DNA from: a virus
IMG/VR virus record: IMGVR_UViG_3300027734_000048
Coordinates: 52,567-116,566 of that record
Reading direction: 5' to 3' (one strand)
Length of the DNA stretch: 64,000 nucleotides
Shown: in pieces, positions 58,890 to 64,000 of the stretch
Numbering within the stretch: position 1 is the first letter of the stretch
Layout of the letters: each line of letters opens with the position of its first letter
Made by a program: the position numbers and the translations under genes
Notes under the pieces: model-generated
What the model was told of the DNA's origin: nothing
Seen by the model: only the letters and a program-made list of their open reading frames with translations
Database searches by the model: none

Positions 58890-59454
58890 CATTAAAATTA
58901 GTGGAACAGATAACAAAAATATAGTTATTGCAAAAAATTGTTTTTCAAAAGAAGATCTAACAAATGAGTCTGCTGTTTTGCAAGTAATCATTGGATCTCT
59001 AACTGCTAAATATAAAGATTTTTCTTTTAGTCTTGAAAGTTCTGATGATTTACCAAACTGGGTAAATGTATTGTTGCCACTAAAAGGATTTAGAATAAAC
59101 TTCAACTCTACTCCCAAGGTATCTCATGATGCAGACGAGGGAGATTTTTTAACTTTTCCATCTGAAATTGGTTTTATGATATCGGATCAATATAATACTA
59201 ATCAATTAACTAAACAATATAAAATATACTATTACCCTAAAATTAAAAAACAAGATGGTAAAAATAAATATAGCATTAAGGCAACCCTTCAAGATAACTA
59301 CAATATAGATATTTATGCAGACAGTGAAGAAGAAGCATTGCAAAAAGCATACAATATACCGCTGCCAGAATGGAATCATGAAGAGATAAACGATAAACCA
59401 GAAAAAATGAAAATAATTAGATGGTCACGATGGGGAAACTTTAAAATAATATGA
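58882..59454 (+). CDS. hypothetical protein
   Basis: About 190 aa, overlapping neighbours. Confidence 0.5.
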   Translation: MHDIKISGTDNKNIVIAKNCFSKEDLTNESAVLQVIIGSLTAKYKDFSFSLESSDDLPNWVNVLLPLKGFRINFNSTPKVSHDADEGDFLTFPSEIGFMISDQYNTNQLTKQYKIYYYPKIKKQDGKNKYSIKATLQDNYNIDIYADSEEEALQKAYNIPLPEWNHEEINDKPEKMKIIRWSRWGNFKII

Positions 59455-60017
59455 AATCAAAACAAATTCATCTAAGTTATTATCCAAGATCTGGAACAAC
59501 ATTTTTTATAAAAAATTCTAAGATATTATTTCCAAGCAGCCTTATTGTTTCATATGCAACAGGAAATGGTATTCAAAAATTTTTAAATAATAAAAGTTTG
59601 TTTCATTTTTCAATAATTAGAAATCCAATTGATTTGATATCTTCTGAAGTAACATTAGAGATGATGAAAAATGTAGAAAGTGTAAATAGAATTGAATATA
59701 GATCAATAAAGCGTATAGACTTGCTGGAAAATTTTTATAATTCAATAAAAGAAAACGAACATGTAAGTATATTTGATTTTAATGATTTAGTTTTAAAACC
59801 CAAAGAACTTTTTAGTTATTTGGCAAAAAATAATGATGTTCAATTAAACAATAAAGATATTGTAAAGGTTAGTCCCATGCCAAATGTTTTTTTTGCATCT
59901 GCAAAAGAAGTTGAAAGTTATGAAAAGGTAAGGGATGTCATTTTAAACAATGTAGACTTATACAAAATTAATAAAATGTATGATGAATTAATTAATAAAA
60001 AATTTGCTATAAGTTGA
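59451..60017 (+). CDS. sulfotransferase-like protein, paralog of 57023-57556
   Basis: YPRSGTTF, IIRNPIDLISS, FDFNDLV..P. Confidence 0.6.
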   Translation: MKSKQIHLSYYPRSGTTFFIKNSKILFPSSLIVSYATGNGIQKFLNNKSLFHFSIIRNPIDLISSEVTLEMMKNVESVNRIEYRSIKRIDLLENFYNSIKENEHVSIFDFNDLVLKPKELFSYLAKNNDVQLNNKDIVKVSPMPNVFFASAKEVESYEKVRDVILNNVDLYKINKMYDELINKKFAIS

Positions 60018-60198
60018 CTTAACAACTGATTTGATGTATACTAATTACATGGTAAAAGAAATCAATATTGAAGATATTCCAGATAACATTAAAGACAAAA
60101 TAATTAAAAATTATTTAATTAGATATTATCATTGGACAATTGGATGCTTTTCTTTTCTTGTTGGCATATTGCTTGGCATACTAATATCTTAATTACAG

Positions 60199-60272
60199 GC
60201 ACCAGTAGCCAAGTTGGTTAAGGCCCCGAACTCATAATTCGGTTATCGTAGGTTCGAGTCCTACCTGGTGTA
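60199..60272 (+). tRNA. tRNA with CAT anticodon (Met or lysidine-type Ile)
   Basis: GCACCAG/CTGGTGT acceptor; CCGAA-CTCATAA-TTCGG; GGTTCGAGTCC. Confidence 0.88.
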
Positions 60273-60276
60273 CTAC

Positions 60277-60350
60277 ACATCTGTAACTCAGTTGGTTAGA
60301 GTACCTGCCTTATATGCAGAGAGCCGAAGGTTCAAGTCCTTCCAGATGTA
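60277..60350 (+). tRNA. tRNA-Ile(TAT)
   Basis: ACATCTG/CAGATGT; CTGC-CTTATAT-GCAG; GGTTCAAGTCC. Confidence 0.85.
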
Positions 60351-60372
60351 CGATACAATTAAATAGAGTATT

Positions 60373-60446
60373 GCGGATGTTGCATATTGGTAGTGCCTCT
60401 GCCTTCCAAGCAGAAGGGGTGAGTTCGATTCTCATCATCCGCTCCA
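60373..60446 (+). tRNA. tRNA-Gly(TCC)
   Basis: GCGGATG/CATCCGC-T-CCA; TCTGC-CTTCCAA-GCAGA. Confidence 0.92.
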
Positions 60447-60447
60447 A

Positions 60448-60520
60448 GTCCCCATGGTCTAGAGGCCTAGGACTCCACCCTTTCACGGTGGCAACACGGG
60501 TTCGAATCCCGTTGGGGATA
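60448..60520 (+). tRNA. tRNA-Glu(TTC)
   Basis: GTCCCCA/TGGGGAT; CCACC-CTTTCAC-GGTGG; GGTTCGAATCC. Confidence 0.92.
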
Positions 60521-60529
60521 CAATATCAT

Positions 60530-60603
60530 TCCTAGATCGTCTAACGGCAGGACAGGGGCCTTTGAAGCCCTTAATCGTGGTTCGAATCCATGTCTGGGAG
60601 CCA
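60530..60603 (+). tRNA. tRNA-Gln(TTG)
   Basis: TCCTAGA/TCTGGGA-G-CCA; GGGGC-CTTTGAA-GCCCT. Confidence 0.9.
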
Positions 60604-60604
60604 G

Positions 60605-60675
60605 GGGCCTAAAGCATTAAAGTGATGCTCAGGACTTTTAATCCTGAGAAGAAGGAGCATTACCTTCTAGGCCTA
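60605..60675 (+). tRNA. atypical tRNA-Lys(TTT)
   Basis: GGGCCTA/TAGGCCT; CAGGA-CTTTTAA-TCCTG; T-arm GAAGG-AGCATTA-CCTTC lacks TTC. Confidence 0.7.
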
Positions 60676-60679
60676 CTAC

Positions 60680-60752
60680 ACCTCTGTAGTTCAGTGGACA
60701 GAACGATGGACTTCTAAGCCATGCGTCGCAGGTTCGATTCCTGCCAGGGGTA
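60680..60752 (+). tRNA. tRNA-Arg(TCT)
   Basis: ACCTCTG/CAGGGGT; ATGG(A)-CTTCTAA-(G)CCAT; GGTTCGATTCC. Confidence 0.88.
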
Positions 60753-60781
60753 CAACATGGTATACTTTTAATGGAGGGCAT

Positions 60782-61483
60782 ATGCCAAAAATACCAGTAA
60801 ATGGATTTAATAATGATGGAAGTCTTAAAAAATTACAAGATGATCAAATTGAGCATACCCCATTAATATCTCAGAATCAGTTAAATAATGCAAAAATATT
60901 TTCTTCTAGAGAAGAATACATAAAGCATTTACCTAAAAATATTAAATATATGGAGATTGGTGTTTCTTGGGGATATTATTCAAAACTAATAGCCGATATA
61001 TGTGAACCAAATGAGATATGGCTTTTAGATAGATATTCAATTGACTCAAGATGTTGGAGTTGGATTAGAACTGGATCCTGTCAATGCGAGCCAACAAAGC
61101 ATACAATTCTTTTTACACCAGAAACCCATGAAAAATATATTAAAGATGAATTTTCTAAATATAAAAATGTCTACATTATTAAGGGAGAAGCAGAAAATAC
61201 TTTGCCAAACCAAGATAAAGATTTTGATTATATATATTTTGATACACACAACGATAGAGAACATACAAAGATAATGCTTGATGAAATATCAAAGCATGTC
61301 AAAGTTGGTGGAATAATTGGAATAAATGACTATTTAATTTATGACGGAATGAATTGGGATGATTTTTATGGAACTTATTTTTCTGTTAATTGGTTCTTAA
61401 ATAATAATAAAAATTGGTCTGTTAAAGCATTGGCTTTACAAAACTATAGTTTTAATGATATATATCTTACAAAGGATTTTTAA
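60782..61483 (+). CDS. class I SAM-dependent methyltransferase (Methyltransf_24-like)
   Basis: MEIGVSWGYYS, FDYIYFDT.., VK.GG.I..NDY. Confidence 0.75.
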   Translation: MPKIPVNGFNNDGSLKKLQDDQIEHTPLISQNQLNNAKIFSSREEYIKHLPKNIKYMEIGVSWGYYSKLIADICEPNEIWLLDRYSIDSRCWSWIRTGSCQCEPTKHTILFTPETHEKYIKDEFSKYKNVYIIKGEAENTLPNQDKDFDYIYFDTHNDREHTKIMLDEISKHVKVGGIIGINDYLIYDGMNWDDFYGTYFSVNWFLNNNKNWSVKALALQNYSFNDIYLTKDF

Positions 61484-62373
61484 TGATAGAAAACTATGAT
61501 TTAAAAAATAAAGTTTATTTAAATGCAAACGACATATTTAATTATGAGTTTGATATAACTTGGATGAATATGCAGGAGCATCAAGGTAACAGGAATTATA
61601 CACTTCTGCCAATAGAAAGAGCCGAAGATGATTTTACTATACAATATAATTTTAATAAAGATGGTTTTAGATCAGATGATTTTACAGATAAACATACCCC
61701 AGGCAAGCACATACTTTTTGCTGGTTGCTCACAAACTGAAGGGGTTGGAAGTTCATTAGATACTGTTTGGTCAAAGATGCTTCATGATAAACTTCAATTA
61801 AATAACTTAACAGATGGCTTTTATTCTATTGCTAGATCTGGCTATGGGTGGCAAAAAATAATTGCAAACTTTATGGCATATTCAAAAAAATATGGATTTC
61901 CAGACTATCTTTTTGTTTTAATGCCTAATATAACCAGACATTTTATTTGGCACAATAATGATTATCTATATATTCAAAGATATAAAGATGATGGAAATAT
62001 AAATGAACCTGAACCAAAAAGTATTGTAGATGATCAACCAGCAACAATTGAAGATTATCACGAAGAGTTTTTAAATTTTTCATTAGGTTGGAAAATTTTT
62101 ATAGAATATTGCAAAAAAAACAATGTTAAAATTTTATGGTCTACATGGGATTATTCAGATAATCATAACATAAAATTATTTAATCAGCATGAAGATTTTT
62201 TTGAAATGAATCATGAAGAGTATATGAAGATGATAAAAGATAAAAGACCAAACGGAATTTTAGAAAGATATGATATTAAAAGAAGGGACGGTCATGCTGG
62301 TGTTTTATCTCACGAGTATTGGTTGAATTCTTTTGTAAAAGAATTAAGGAGGTTTGGCATTGAAATTAATTAA
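61483..62373 (+). CDS. SGNH/GDSL-like protein, paralog of 55605-56489
   Basis: N.DGFRSD.F...ILFAGCSQTEG.G...W...RDGHAG. Confidence 0.6.
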   Translation: MIENYDLKNKVYLNANDIFNYEFDITWMNMQEHQGNRNYTLLPIERAEDDFTIQYNFNKDGFRSDDFTDKHTPGKHILFAGCSQTEGVGSSLDTVWSKMLHDKLQLNNLTDGFYSIARSGYGWQKIIANFMAYSKKYGFPDYLFVLMPNITRHFIWHNNDYLYIQRYKDDGNINEPEPKSIVDDQPATIEDYHEEFLNFSLGWKIFIEYCKKNNVKILWSTWDYSDNHNIKLFNQHEDFFEMNHEEYMKMIKDKRPNGILERYDIKRRDGHAGVLSHEYWLNSFVKELRRFGIEIN

Positions 62374-62446
62374 TAAAATAATTGTTTGGTACAGATTTAA
62401 AAAAATAGAAAAACAGATCAAAAAACAAGAAAAATATATATATTAA

Positions 62447-62593
62447 TTATCTTTCAGATTTTGGTTTTAACTGTGTTGTTCGATCAAAATAGCGTTCAAT
62501 CTTTGATTTGATAGTTCCATCTTTACGCATCTTAACAATCCAACCATCTTTGATTTGAGTATCATTAAATGATCCAGCCTTTTTCTTTGGCAT
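62447..62593 (-). CDS. 48-aa basic protein
   Basis: MPKKKAGSFNDTQIKDGWIVKMRKDGTIKS..., coupled to the upstream stop. Confidence 0.45.
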   Translation of the reverse strand: MPKKKAGSFNDTQIKDGWIVKMRKDGTIKSKIERYFDRTTQLKPKSER

Positions 62594-63840
62594 TATATGA
62601 AGTACCTTTCACTTGTATGTTTAGTATAATCTTTTCCAAAATCAGCAAACAATGCTTTATCTTTTTCACGATTAACAATTGATCTTGACCATGAAAATCC
62701 TGAGTCTCCACCCCATGCTAACCACATTATGTATCCATTAGAAGGATTGGCAGTGTTTCCCCAATCCTTACCCTTCTTGTCTACTTCATGGCGTGAGAAG
62801 TATGAATACATTCTCTTAACAGTACTAAGAGATAATGATTCTCCTCTTGCTAACTGCCCTGCACGAGTCCAGCCAACTGCAGTTCCTGCACCGTTAGCCT
62901 TTCCATCTTCCTTAAACTTAATTGCTCTACGAGCAGCAGATCTTGCTCCTGCTGGTGGTGAGTATCCTTCAGCCTTAGACATCTTTTCTGTATCTTCATA
63001 GTCTTCTAAACTAATGTTTGGCATGTTAATTCTACTTATATCAGACATCAAAGCACCAATAGAGTAAGGTGTGTAGTAGTATGTTCCATCTTCTTCTTCA
63101 AGCATTCTAACTGCAACTGCTGGATTATCTGGAGTAGACTCAACAGAATAAGGATTTCCTGGCTGACCATATGTTCCGCCTTCAATCATGACATGCTCTA
63201 CTTGACCAACAACTGGACCTTCAGTTGTCATTGCAATAACAAAATCTCCTTCAACTATTGGTGCATCCATTTTTGTTACTGGAATACAATTAGGAACCAT
63301 TCTGCCATTATCTCCTGGCTTCATACCTCTTTGTGTATACCCTTCCCAACAAGGATCTGCTTTACCAATTTGTGCATCATACATAGCCATTTGTGTTTCT
63401 GCATCTGTTCCATTTTGACAATCTGGACAATTTGAACATTGAATATTTTGTTCTAGACATGTTTCACATTCGCAGTGCTCATATGTTGGTGTAGGCATAA
63501 TAGGGTTTGTTGCTATTTCTGAATCAGACTTAATAGTCCAAATATCAACAACACGCTTATCGTGTATTCCGCCACCAATCTGTCTTCCAAAACTATATCC
63601 AATTTGTGGCTTTTTCATTCCTACAGATGAATTAATTGATGAAGATGGATTTTCTTGAGTTGTTGATGTTTCAATTGAAGCCTCACCTTTATTTGCATCT
63701 GCAACATTTGCATATAATGCACCAAGTTGCTCTTTTGCATTTGCTTCTGTTGGATGACAGCCTGCAACATGCCCAGCATCACTTACTACTGGATATCCAG
63801 AACAGCCGTTAGATCCTTTATCGCCAATATGATAAGGCAT
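62593..63840 (-). CDS. multi-module protein, probably head/virion-associated
   Basis: Modules MPYHI...C.GY.VV...GCH.T..A; DPCWEGY..GMK...VPNC; G..GQVEH; PP.G.R..A.R...GT.VG..RA.QL...WGGD. Confidence 0.55.
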   Translation of the reverse strand: MPYHIGDKGSNGCSGYPVVSDAGHVAGCHPTEANAKEQLGALYANVADANKGEASIETSTTQENPSSSINSSVGMKKPQIGYSFGRQIGGGIHDKRVVDIWTIKSDSEIATNPIMPTPTYEHCECETCLEQNIQCSNCPDCQNGTDAETQMAMYDAQIGKADPCWEGYTQRGMKPGDNGRMVPNCIPVTKMDAPIVEGDFVIAMTTEGPVVGQVEHVMIEGGTYGQPGNPYSVESTPDNPAVAVRMLEEEDGTYYYTPYSIGALMSDISRINMPNISLEDYEDTEKMSKAEGYSPPAGARSAARRAIKFKEDGKANGAGTAVGWTRAGQLARGESLSLSTVKRMYSYFSRHEVDKKGKDWGNTANPSNGYIMWLAWGGDSGFSWSRSIVNREKDKALFADFGKDYTKHTSERYFI

Positions 63841-64000
63841 TAGTTTATCTCATTTTCTTTTAGTGATGCAGAAAGCATCCAGTGCCATCTTTGGTGCATA
63901 TCCATTCTTTCTGCAAAGAAGTTTGCAAGTGCATGTTGTCTTCCTGCTGTAGCCATATCAACTGCATCCATAAGTTTGGCAAGAACCATATCATTTGCCA
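63840..64000 (-). CDS. Dps/ferritin-like protein, C-terminal end (partial)
   Basis: Hand translation ...DAVDMATAGRQHALANFFAERMDMHQRWHWMLSASL..., matching the Dps C-terminal H...W.L motif. Confidence 0.65.
   Translation of the reverse strand, partial: ANDMVLAKLMDAVDMATAGRQHALANFFAERMDMHQRWHWMLSASLKENEIN

Noticed and set aside
60314-60535. 73-aa ORF
   Set aside because: Overlaps four tRNA genes

Overview
64 kb of an AT-rich (roughly 35% GC by eye) tailed-phage genome. It looks like a large siphovirus of an Actinobacterium, probably a freshwater one. This is inferred from the head/tail gene order, pervasive leaderless promoters and actinobacterial-type regulator motifs; no database search was run. 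1-38.8 kb, mostly minus strand: tape measure (partial), two paralogous tail chaperones, major tail, neck genes, capsid, protease/scaffold, portal, class II RNR and a long fibre/adhesin region interleaved with 2OG-Fe(II) oxygenases. 38.9-41 kb: a further oxygenase cassette. About 41.2-54 kb: a putative early/terminal-repeat region of small ORFs separated by motif-dense spacers. 54-64 kb: nucleases, SGNH-like, sulfotransferase-like and methyltransferase genes, a 7-tRNA cluster and the end of a Dps-like gene. The most notable signals are: (1) ten copies of TGTCAG-N10-TAnnnT, the geometry of the actinobacterial PafBC (RecA-NDp) DNA-damage promoter, ahead of early operons and stacked with CRP, DnaA and GACAC boxes; (2) two parallel 'fibre-tip adaptor + Pro-repeat protein + hydroxylases' cassettes, one ending in (FGVFGFSP)n-Hint; (3) a covarying family of small H-type RNA pseudoknots after early genes; (4) tail chaperone G/GT apparently made by gene duplication rather than frameshift; (5) apparent genome-wide AGCT avoidance that extends into tRNA D-stems.
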